A stretch of 57,111 nt of DNA, filler included, from Sluysia triapertura (Eukaryota), in NCBI GenBank assembly GCA_046118255.1. It is 4 parts of 4 records of this genome, joined end to end, with 100 filler letters (N's around TTAATTAATTAA, not from the genome) between each part and the next. Parts side by side here need not be neighbours in the genome. Positions count along the whole stretch, not along the records: positions 1 to 16,545 come from JBJNIA010201486.1; 3 more parts are not named here. One strand, 5' to 3'. A program made the translations under genes and the position numbers. Below are positions 1-11,129 of this stretch, piece after piece; positions within the stretch are counted from its first letter, which is position 1; the number at the start of each line of letters is the position of its first letter. A model generated the notes under the pieces. It did not search any database. It saw nothing but the letters and a program-made list of their open reading frames with translations, and was not told the DNA's origin.

Positions 1-134
1 TTATAATTTATAATTATAATTGTTATAATTGTAGTTTTGATAATATAACAAATATATTGAGGTTTTGAGTTTATTTAATTGTTGAAGTTTTGATTTAATA
101 ATTTGGGAAAATAAAAATATTAAAAGACACAACA
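1..134. repeat. 3' part of a solo-LTR-like dispersed repeat (second copy at 12760-12972)
   Basis: Positions 51-134 (aatatattgaggttttgagtttatttaattg...aaagacacaaca) align with about 12890-12972. The copy ends in ACAACA. Confidence 0.55.
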
Positions 135-760
135 TATTTAAAGGTTTAGTATAGGAGATAATAACTGCGGAAGTCATTAGTGCTTCCTCATGATTTCCCT
201 TAATCGATAGATAATCGTAATCATTTACAAAATTATTGGATATTAATTTTATGTCTCTGTTAAAATGTTATAATATGTTAAAATTTTGGTAATTACTAGT
301 TATAATATGTGAATACTTTTTGCTAACTATATTATGATATATAGAAATTATTTTATTTTATTATTTTATAAAACTTTTCTACTTTGATTTGTATATGTTA
401 GGTGAGTTCTCTATGATACTGGACTTACTCACTAAAGGGCCAGCACATAGATTTGCAGCGTCAAAAAGATTATAAAAAAAGTTGGAGGTAATAATGTGTC
501 GTACGTTATTTCTAAATATCTTTGATTTAATAAAGTTTTATCAAATTTTTCTGCAGAATTTTCTAATTAATTGAAATACTTACTCTTAACTCAATAAAAA
601 TAAAAATGAGTTTATTAATCTATTTTTGAATGAAAATTGATAGTATAATTGACTTTAATAAAATTAATTGGTCTCTTGATAAAACAATCTTAATATACTT
701 ATTCTAAACTCGAAAAAAACAAAAATAAGTTTATCAATGAAAAGTTGATAGTATGATTGA

Positions 761-1850
761 TAGGATTTCTAATACCGGGATCCAGTGATACCGGACATAT
801 TTTCAATTTCGTAATATCGGTATTAGCAGATTCAAAAAACCAGTTTTTTGGTATCAGCAGAAAATTTTTAAGGAAATTTTAGTTAAATCGTATAAAACAT
901 TTCGCGTGGTCAAGAAGGAAGAAATATCGCATGTATGTTTTAAGATCGTCATATATGTTTACGACGATCTAAGATCGGCATTATATTTCAATTTCACTGT
1001 TAGATATTTTTATCTGTGTAAAAAAATTGTAGTTATAACGACACAATATATATGTTTAACAAAATATATATGTAATCATAAAAAACTTTAAAAAATTTTT
1101 CAAAAAAATTTTATTTATATTTTCTTATTTGAACATTCCATAGTACAACTCGTCTATACAATACTATCATTATATACTTTTAATCTCATATTTGTTTTAA
1201 TATTAATGATGGAACATTGATGATTCTTTTAATCTTTTTGATAAAGTTTATTTATATAGTTTTTTATTTTTTTATACTTCAATACGATTATAGTTAGATT
1301 TCATTTTCTATTAAAAAATAAAAAAACGTCCTCTGCGGAGATTGAACCTGTACGTAGGACGGGGAATCAACTTTTTTTCATACATAAATAAAAGTATTTA
1401 TCTCCCTTAAATGAATAAGAATAACTTCAAAGAACATAAAAATCGAATAATGCTACTTCTGTTTGGAATCACTATTTATTTGATGAAAAGAATTTGGAAG
1501 CACAATGTATAAAATGCTCAAGAATAATTAAGGTGTGTGGAGGATCTACAAGCGGACTCCATACACATTTAAAGGTCAAACATGATACTGATATGTTGAA
1601 GGTTAAAAGAATTACTTCAACAGAAGATACAAAACCAATTGCTGTTCCAAAACCGGTGTCCTCGGGCATTTTGCATTACGTTGAAAAAAAAGATACCCTC
1701 TATGAAATCATAAGTAAAATGTCAAGTTTGGATGGCATGTCATTTCGGGTGTTTTACACCTCTGAAGAATTAAGAAAATCATTAAATGCAAGAGGATAAA
1801 AAACATCCCAACTTCAGTCAGAACAATAGTAGAAATGGTTCGTAATTTAG
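761..1850 (+). mobile_element. hAT DNA transposon 5' fragment with BED-finger transposase relic
   Basis: A hAT-like terminus TAGGATTTCTAATACCGGGATCC with ATACCGG subterminal repeats starts at 761. ATG at 1411 is followed by a frameshift near 1437, then the BED finger SVWNHY..CIKC..GGSTSGLHTHLKVKH. There is a stop at 1797, and the element is cut near 1850 by the Gypsy element. Confidence 0.8.
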
Positions 1851-1852
1851 TA

Positions 1853-2099
1853 GTAACTCAAAACCACCCCATCAACCCACCTCATAATTATAAAGTTACA
1901 AAACTCTATTGAAGCAACAAATACTCACATATACAATAACGTTACCAAACAACCAACAAACCATACAACATCAACTTCATTTCTCAAAATAAACAATAAA
2001 TCTTCTCAAGACAGTAAAATACAAAGTTCTTTTAAATCAAATAATATATCTTTTGTCTAGACAACCATAACTCATAAAACTAATAAAATTTTGAGTTAC
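1853..2099 (+). repeat. Putative 5' LTR of the Gypsy element
   Basis: A 247-bp segment is bounded by perfect 11-bp inverted ends GTAACTCAAAA (1853-1863) and TTTTGAGTTAC (2089-2099), with AATAAA at 2082. It directly precedes gag. No canonical TGG primer-binding site is seen. Confidence 0.5.
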
Positions 2100-2299
2100 G
2101 GGTTTTTCACCACCTCAGCCACACCTTCAAACAATGCCACAAATATAAACCATTACAATAATAATGTTAAAAACGGGTATATCCAATCTCAACCTACCCA
2201 GGAGCACAATATAAAATTTAATTGGTCCATAAATAAGTATAAAATAAACGGGAAAAAAATCCTTCGCACAAGTCTGTAAAGAAGGCCCCCAAATCAAAC

Positions 2300-4006
2300 G
2301 TGCCATTAGGGCCAATACAAATCAAAGGATCATTAAATCCACTTCTGGAAAACAATAACAACCAACAAACTAACAAAAGCAATTCCAAACAAATTAACAC
2401 GTTCAAGGATGTATTGAAGCAATCATCCAAAAATGCATATCTTAAAAATAATATGCAAGACCAAAAGACCAATAAGTCTAATTTCAAACAAGTCAATGCT
2501 TCTAAGAATACATTCAATCAACCAAGTAAAAACTTAAACAAAATCATTCAACCAAATCAAAAACAATTCAATACTCAAAACAAAGTACAAAAAAATTATT
2601 ATAATAATCAGATCCAGATAATTCAAGTCAAAAAATCAAACAAAACGAAATCTATTATTTCAAACGAAACCATAGATCATAGCAACCATATCAAAATAAT
2701 AACAACCCGCTCAATTCTCAAACAGAAACAAATTTTACCAGGAACAATAATCGACGTAAGTACGTCATTCGAGCGACACGTATGCACTAACATCAACACA
2801 GCCAACAATTCGAAAACCCGAAATAACAAAACAATAAATATAATAAAATGCATAACGTACAGTATAAATTCGCACTTTAACATCAAAAACTCCGATTCTA
2901 TTAATATATTTCACATGCTAAGTAAACACCCTCAAGCATGGTTTATTTATCAGGGGCAACGGTTACGTCCCCACTTAAGATTTAGCGATTACGAAATTCC
3001 ACACGGGGCAATTATATCAGTTAATCACCAACTACCTGTAGGCACCTACGACGACCCTGAAATTCCACCACGTACTGAACAAGATCAATTAACAAATATC
3101 AGTACTTCTTCGTCGTCCCAATTTTTCTTGGATGATACTGGTTCTTCAAACACATGGTTTTTGGATGTTGAAGCCATGTTTAAAACTAGTGCGATTAAAC
3201 ATCAAACTACAAAGTTTAATGACACCTTAGCAATGTTGCCACAGGCACTATTAAGTAAGATTAGCCCAAAAATCCAAGCGTGTATTGCTTCAAAATCTCC
3301 GTATGACGAACTCAAACAAATAATCACACAGTAATACCGCCCAAATTCGGAAAAAATCTTTCAAGACTACTTTAAGGTAAAAACATTAGGTACCCTTCCG
3401 AATTTTTGGCAAAAATAAAAACGGACTTAGCACCCTTCGGTTGTGACATCGACGAAAATCATGATGTCTTAAAAAGATTATTCCTCGATGCTATGCCTCT
3501 TACAGTTCAAGGCATACTCGTAGGAACTCAAAATACTAAAATCAACGAACTGGCTAAGATCGCCGATAACATTATTGTTATATGGAACAAGAATCATCAA
3601 CAACCTCTATACGCAATGAACGATTCTTCTTCCAACAGCCAGAAACACATCACAACAAGTCAAAAATCTCACGAAGCAGGTAGCAGAACTTACAAAAATT
3701 TTATTCTCAAAATCAAGAGAGAGTTCACCAACAAGATCAAGTTCTCCCACATTTTCAACGAGTGCCTCCAACTCAAACAAATCTATTAAAAATAAAAGAC
3801 CCTTTAATGGAATCTGCTACTATCATAACAGATTCCAACAAGAGGCTAAATCTTGCTTATTAGGATGTAGATTGCCAAACAAATCTACAAATCTAACAAT
3901 GAAAAACTTGTGTTTACATCATGCACACTTTCAAAAAAGTTCCAAAAAATGCATGGATGGCTGCATCCACGTTAAACAAAATTTAAAGCCCCCATCAAAA
4001 AACTGA
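2300..4006 (+). pseudogene. gag: gag: N/K/Q-rich N-terminus, ubiquitin-like domain, capsid, tandem zinc knuckles
   Basis: ORFs 2300-3334 and 3406-3789 plus the knuckle region 3815-3964. In-frame TAA at 3332 and frameshifts. The gag frame ends at TGA 4004-4006. Confidence 0.85.
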
Positions 4007-5869
4007 AATTTCCAACTGTCAAAGCGGCTAGACCGAAACAATTGGCAATCAATGGTATCTTTACTGTGTCGCTCATTTTCACTGATTTCAAATATTTCAA
4101 ATTAGATTTTCCAATTGACACTGGAGCTGCTGTGTCTGTAATTCCTCAACATTTTATCAGAAACACACCACAGACACGTTTCTTCCTTACAGCAGCTAAC
4201 GGAATAACCGTTACCTGCTACGGCTCCACAAAATTACAATTCAAATTGCCACATTTCAATAAAACCTTCGAATGGACTTTCCTAATTACCGCAGTTCAGC
4301 AACCGATTTCCTTACCCATTACAAACTCCTAGTCTATTGCCACAACAAAACTTTAACTAAGTCCTTCGAACAGTTAAAAAATATAAAAATTAAATTAGAG
4401 GATCTCAACAGTAACAATATAACTCAATATTTACAACAAATTCATCCCAAATTACTACTGGAACAATTCAACCCAGAATACGTCCCTAAATCTGAACACT
4501 TTATAAAATATACCTCCACCACCTTGCAGACAAAGACGACGAGAACTAGCTCAGAAAATACGTTCTCAGGCAGAGAAAGAATTCCTTGAAATGGAAATAC
4601 AATGAATAGTGCGACGCTCTTCTTCCTCATGGGCCGCACCTCTGCAAATCGTCAAAAAGAAAGATGGAACAATAAGAATATGTTTAAGAATGCTTAATAA
4701 AGTCACTGTTCCAGACGCATATCCTCTGCCACTTATAACAGACATCTTTCACAGATTTACTGGTTGCACAATATTCTCTTCAATAGACCTTGCAAAGGCA
4801 TATCCCAAAAACGGCCGTTTGAGTATCGGTCTGTTTGAGTATCTGCGCATGCCTTTCGGTCCACGAAATGCAGCACAAACCTTCCAGCGTCATATCGATC
4901 AAGTCATTCAAGGCTTAACTTTCACCACAGCCTACATCGATGACATCATAATTGCTTCCAGAGATTTCAAACAACATCAAACATATCTCCACAGTTACTA
5001 AACGAAAGTGAATACGATATCGGTAACAAACACTCGGCAATTGTAAATTTTTCTTTTATCCAAAATTTTTGTAAATTATATCATTTTTTTATTTAGACGA
5101 TCTTTCTGAATTAAAGCTGATTGAAGTACAAAGGAATACAGTGGCAATTTTTACGATTCTTAGTTTAATATCAAATAAAATATTTGTAAATATTCACACT
5201 TTGTTTATTTATTTAAATGTTTAATCTTTATAGAATATGGCTTTGCCAATTTTAATAAAAGTTATATGTTACTTATCTTCAGAATTAAAAGACCTTTTTA
5301 TAGACTGAGAATAAGTCCGACAATTTATGGACAGATATATTCATATCGAGTCAAAATAAATTTTGTAAACTTAAATTTAATTTTTTCAAACTATAACTTA
5401 ACCCCACCAAATTGGTGTCAATACGTTAAGATAACATTATTAAGTTCAAACTTTACCTTACTAAAATGTTACCAGGAATTCGAAATAACCGTATTAAATT
5501 ACAAAATAATCCCATATTTGTAGTTTGAATCCACATGAATTAATTTAAATTTTAAGCTACAGAGTGGCAGTAATGTCAATTTGATTGAAGTTAAAAAAGT
5601 GGGTCTGAAACATTCTTCTCGCAAACATGAAACTGACTAATTTTAATAAATTAAGTAATATAACAGTTATGGGATACTTAGTGATAATTAATATAAAAGC
5701 AAAAACTACAAAAACTAGATTTTGTACTTAAAGCAGCACTTGAATATAATTTTGTTTTATCTAATCATGTGGTTTATTTACTTTTAACATCACTGTTTAA
5801 AAAATACGATGTAGTTGAATTTTTTAGAGTCACTTGATTCCTATTTTAAAAAATATTGACACAAAAGTA

Positions 5870-7925
5870 TGAGATGCAGATCCTACAGGAAAATTCCTTT
5901 GTCTCCTATTTAATAAAATATTGCACATACAAAATATACCCAAGTCATGGAAATCATTCATAACTCTTATCATTAAACCTAATAAATTCCACGCCGCTTA
6001 TGAAGTTGCTTCCTGGCGCCCAATTGCGATCCTTGATTCTACATATAGAATTTTTACCAAAATACTAAATGATCGCCTTTTATCGTGGATTCACTGTGGA
6101 AATCTTATTAGTTCCCATCAAGCAGCACTTCTACGCTCTGATGGCTGCACTGAACATAATTTCCTGCTCCACAGCCTTCAGGAAATTATTGCTTCTTTGA
6201 ATCATAAAAAGACAGTGCAGAAGGAACTTCATATCGTGTTTCTTGATATTACCAACGCCTTTGGGTCTGTGCCTCACACACCCTTAACCTCCTTCGGGAC
6301 ATTTATGATTGCAGTACCACTAGTTACAGCCTTCTCACAGACTCTCTTCCAATTAAGTATGGCGTCAAGTAGGGTTGTCCATTGTCAATGACACTGTTTT
6401 GTATTTCTATTGACTTCTTATTTCGTGCCTTTCGCCCAGAGGACGACGTTTTGATTAGTGGCATTTCATTTCATTATGCAGATGATATTGCCCTAATCCA
6501 TACATCACATGGACAACTACATCAGGTCGTGAATCGTATTGTTGAGCAAGCAAAATCGGCTAACTTAATTTTCAGTCCTACGAAATGCTTTTACTACAAG
6601 TGAACTTTGCCTTAGCATCAACAATGTACCGATACCGAACATGAAACAGACTAAAGAGGAAACAATTATTTACTTAGGGTCCCATTTAGCGAATTGAAGG
6701 AACAAAGCGTTCATAAACTTTTGGAGGAAAATCTTGCATATGTCCGTAAGATACAGACATGTAGTCTCAGTTGTAAGAATAAGTTTCTTATGTATCGAAA
6801 CTTCTTACACTCAAGTCAGCCGTTTCATTTCCGTAACCTCAATATCAATACACAAACTTTGAGTAGTCCCCATTCTAGACAATCCAGAAATCTCCCCAAA
6901 TCGGTAGGTTACGACGAAATGATGCATAAAATATTCAAATTATTTCTTAACTTGAAACAGTTTCCTCTAAATAATTGTTTCTTCTACACTCATAAAAATC
7001 ATGGAGGTCTTAGTTTGATTTCTTCTTATGATGACTATATTTGTTAAAATATAGTCTGCGCGCTCCGTCACATTACTCATCCATAATCTGGCAGTGCCGT
7101 AAATTATGAAGGTTTATCAAATCGCCTAAACCAGGTAACTGAGTTAACCCATGCACTAACTTGGTTAAATGGATGTCGATCTGATAGACTGCAACTCCAA
7201 ACCTAGTGGTCTAAAATTAGAACCTCCATTCTTAGTTAGCAGCGTAAGTACAATATTCAGGTCATCTTCATTCTCGCCGATGATCAAATTAAACTGTCCA
7301 TTAAATCCGACATCATTGGAGACGATGAAGTTACGTTTGGTCGGTTTCATAAAGATAAAGTAGGGAAATATCTGCCCGAACTCTCAATGAGGAAAAATAT
7401 GGAGATCTTGAAGAAAAATTACAAAACAGCTAGACTGTCAGGTTTCCCTTGATACTTTTGTTGTGGGGACCCTCGGTTCTTGGGATCCCGAAAATGAAAT
7501 CTTACTTAAATCTTTGGGTTTCCGAAAAGCGGACACGACGAGTTTGGCGGGGCAATGCATTAGACTATCCATCGAATCATCCTATAATACCTATATGGAA
7601 CATACACTTCAATATCCAGGGTAGGGTTATAATTAATTTCATTTTTTAAATAATTTCTTCCATTCAAATATTATCTATTTATTTATTGTTTATTTTTTTG
7701 TTTCTGTTTCCAAATGACTTCCCTTATTTTATTTATTTTATAAGTATCTTATTCTTTCTGTTTTTTTTCGGTTTAACTTTTCTTATTCCATTATTTTTTG
7801 TTTGTTTGTTTGTTGTTGTGATATTATGTATGTTAATAATTATATTGAATGAATGAGACTTGCAGATAGACTAATATTCTGGCAACAGCAGCAATAAATC
7901 AGTCATTAATAGAGCACTGATTTAT
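5870..7925 (+). mobile_element. Non-LTR retrotransposon of RLE type (Utopia/NeSL-like), decayed and internally deleted
   Basis: RT motifs IPKSWK, WRPIAIL, DGCTEHNFLL, FLDITNAFGSVPH, GV..GCPLSMTLF, YADDIAL and HGGL. The C-terminal RLE motif DTFVVGTLGSWDPENEI is at 7451-7501. A T-rich 3' region follows, with a 10-bp hairpin (7894-7903 pairing with 7916-7925). Confidence 0.85.
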
Positions 7926-8012
7926 ATTTATATATATTATAATTTTTTTAATGTAATATGAAAAATGTTATAAAATAAAAGTTTTGTATTCGTATTCGTC
8001 CACGACTAAAAT

Positions 8013-9870
8013 TTATTGTCCCGGAATATATTCAATGTTGAGATTGAACTGGGAAAGATAATTGATATGCCGTTGTTGCCTAGATGTTGCATTTCTCATA
8101 GCGAAATTGTGCAACAGTGGCTTGTGGTCAGATCCTAGTTTGAACTGAGCTGGAAGCATCAAATATTCAAAATGCTTTACTGATAAGTAGATAGCCATCA
8201 GTTCGCAACCGAAGGTGGAATATCGTGTTTGCTGGGCAGACAATTTGTGTGAGAAGAATTCTACAGGTTTTGAAATCCTTTGCTGAATTTGAGAAAGTAC
8301 CGCGCCTTAGAGGCGTTCGTAGTGAGAATAAAAGGTACTTGTGGCAGAGGGAATGATAAACTTTTCATATCCATAATTGCTTCTTTGTTACGAATTTTGA
8401 TCTCATTGAAATGGCTGCGATTTCTTGTCCGAGGAGCTCTTTTCGACTAGTCCTAAGAAACTCCGCATTTGTGTAACTGTTTGTGGTTGTGGGAAGTCTC
8501 TTATTGCTTCTGTAAGGCTTTCTAATTGTTCAATGCCGTCAGCGGAGATATTGTGACCTGGAAATGTAATTCCCGACTTGAAAAATTGACATTTCATCGG
8601 TTTAATAATTAAACTATTGTCGGCCAATTTCTCCAACACTATATCAAACTGAATTTGGTGTTGTTGGATATATTGGGATGCGACTATGATATCGTCAATA
8701 CAGGCCGTTGAGAATGGCTTTGGTTTGGTCGATATGACGTTGAAAAGTTTGTGCAGCGCTGCATAAGCCGAAAGGCATTCTAATATATTCAAAAAGACCA
8801 AAAGGGCTCGTCACAGCCCTTTTTGGTATATCAGAATCGCGCACTGGTATTTGGTGATAGGCCTTTGCTAGGTCAATTGATGAAAAAACGCTGCATCCGG
8901 GAAACCTATGTAATATATACGTTATAAGAAGCTTCGGATATGAGTCTGGTATAGTTACCTTGTTCAATATTCTGTAATCGCCGCATATTCGAATGTTACC
9001 ATCTTTTCTTTACGATTTACAGAGGTGCGGCCCAAGAGGATGAAGATCGCCGCACTATTCCTTGTTTTTTCGTGTCAAGGAATTCTAGCTCTGCTTGTGA
9101 AAGGATTTTCTGGAATAATGAAATGCCCTAAGCAAGGTACATGACTTGAATTAAATTGTTGATTGAGTAATTCAGGTACACCTGCTCCGCATATGAAATA
9201 ATGTTTGTTTCATTGAGTTACTGAAGTAATATTCTTATGTGGGACACTTGTCCATAAGGTTTTTATTCTACAGTCTACGAGCAGTTTGTAATGACTGAGG
9301 AAATCTGCTCCCAGAATTTTCTGTTGAACTGCAGCTATTAGAAAATTCCATTGGAATACTTCAGTGAACCATGGTATTTTGAATTTAATTTTTAGACAAC
9401 CAAAGCAAGCCATTCCAAAGCAAGTTGTTCCATAGGCTGCTGTATTATTTATTATAATATTGGGAATAACTGATGCAGAGGCTCCAGCATCAATTAGAAA
9501 ATCCAGCTTAGTATACTGAGAATTGATAAAAGTTAGCGGCATTGAGAATATTCTGTTTATCGACAGCCATTGGCATATTGGGCGAATGAACTAAATTGGT
9601 TGCCGCCACCCATGCATATTTCGACCAGCTCTTTAAACTATGCATGGTAGATGCATATATTTTTTGATTCTCAGGGTGTTATTGGGTTTCTGCAACCTAG
9701 TACGCAACATTTGGTCTTCGATGAAACTTATTATGGTAGTAGTAAATACTATTGAATTTCTTGAGGTAAATGGATGATTTGTGCGATATTGAAGAAGACC
9801 TAGAATTTTGAGGTGAGTTGCGTTTGAAAGTTATTTTATTTTCCGAAAAGACTAACTGAGAGCATCTTGG
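8013..9870 (-). mobile_element. Second Mag/CsRn1-type Gypsy fragment (gag C-terminus, protease, RT, RNase H)
   Basis: Knuckle relics YYYHNKF..CCVLGC and CIYHA*F..C. Protease FLIDAGASASVIP. RT motifs IDLAKAYHQIPV, MPFGLCSAAQTFQR and CIDDII. RNase H YSTFGCELMAIY..SDHKPL..RQQRHINYLSQF. Confidence 0.92.
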
Positions 9871-9949
9871 TAATTTCTCTCATTTGGATAGTCAGTACAT
9901 CGATTTGTTGAAACATTGCCTCGAGTGCAAGTTGATGAGGCCTCCATAT

Positions 9950-10136
9950 ATGATGGCCATTGATTACTTGTTTCACAATTTCACCAACTCTAGGGAAGAC
10001 ATCATTTCATTAAGTTGCATGTCATTTCCTCCTTACTGTCTTATACTGATGACATTGTACTACTTACTACCTCACATGGAACTTGCAGCGAATGCTTTAT
10101 TATATAGTTGAGCATGCTAAGTCTGCAAACTTGTTT
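9950..10136 (+). mobile_element. Short RT fragment of the same RLE LINE family as 5870-7925
   Basis: AIDYLF..YTDDIVLLTTSHG..IVEHAKSANLF matches SIDFLF..YADDIALIHTSHG..IVEQAKSANLIF at 6400-6572. Confidence 0.75.
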
Positions 10137-10479
10137 CTATTTTCAAAACATTCCGGACATCACCATTCTTTTTCTTCTCATTGATACTATTCCCGTTATA
10201 CCAATATTCATTTTCTCTATTTATTTTGAACAATTTGGATTGTGATATTTATTTACAATTTATTATTTAATATTTATTGAACAATTTATTATATTTGTTA
10301 TTTAATTTTATAAATGTTATAAATATTATATATAATTTTACAAAATAGGAATAATTCAAAATTTATAAATTACAGAATAATTTAAATCTATTTTAAAGAA
10401 TTTCTGACTTAAAAATATTTTATTTGTTTAAATAAAGTAATGGAATAAAAATAAACATGTATACAAAATGCCTTATTAG

Positions 10480-10980
10480 ACTATAAATAGTTATAAATTC
10501 AATCTATTCAACGCAATATTTCAAGACAATTTATTTGGAGGAATTTAATTACAATGATTGGAATAATTTTAACCATTTGTTGGAAACTCTATGGAATCAA
10601 GTAATTTGTCTAATATCCTTACCATATAAGGAAGGATAAAAAATAAACTTAAAATCATTTAACCATATACAAGACCATAATAAGGCTTGCTCAATTTGAT
10701 TTCTAAACTTTACATAGTCGCTAAGAGAATTCTCTTAAGTGACTATAAATTCTCTATTGTTATTATATAATTATTGTGTATTTTATCGAGTTAAAATGTG
10801 TATATTGACTATTTGTATAATATACTTTTGTTATTTTAATTAAATTATTGATAGATTTACTAGACCTTAATAAGGCTAGGTGAAAGTTTAATATTACTAA
10901 AATATTACTAAAAATACGCTAGACCATCACAGGCCAGCTTAACTGATTCAGAAACTAGACCATAATCTGGCTATTTCAAT
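10480..10980 (+). mobile_element. Probable CR1/L2-clade LINE 3' end with a stem-loop-rich 3' UTR
   Basis: An NDWNN motif near 10553 resembles the CR1/L2 ORF2 C-terminus. It is followed by four related hairpins and one long hairpin (10714-10746). Confidence 0.4.
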
Positions 10981-11129
10981 TTGCTTAACTTGTGTAAGTT
11001 TTTCGAGTTTAATCTTAATTGAGCGAAGTGTAACGCTTCAGCTAGGAAATGCATTTAATATTCTTTTAAATATATTAAAATCCTAACAGACCGCCTTCGG
11101 TCAGATGTAAGTCGTCACTCTTATGTGAA

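Larger units (their letters stand above)
1853..5001 (+). mobile_element. Ty3/Gypsy LTR retrotransposon (Mag/CsRn1-like), decayed and 3'-truncated within RT
   Basis: Gag capsid motif TWFLDVEAMF..QTTKF..LP..PYDELK (DUF7041-like) and two CxxH-x9-C-x3-C knuckles. Protease FPIDTGAAVSVIP. RT motifs SSSSWAAPL..KKKDG, PDAYPLP, IDLAKAY, MPFG.RNAAQTFQR and YIDDII. Several stops and frameshifts. Confidence 0.93.

Noticed and set aside
10840-10975. Hammerhead ribozyme in the hairpin-rich region
   Set aside because: There is no correctly placed CUGANGA..GAAA core with three stems.
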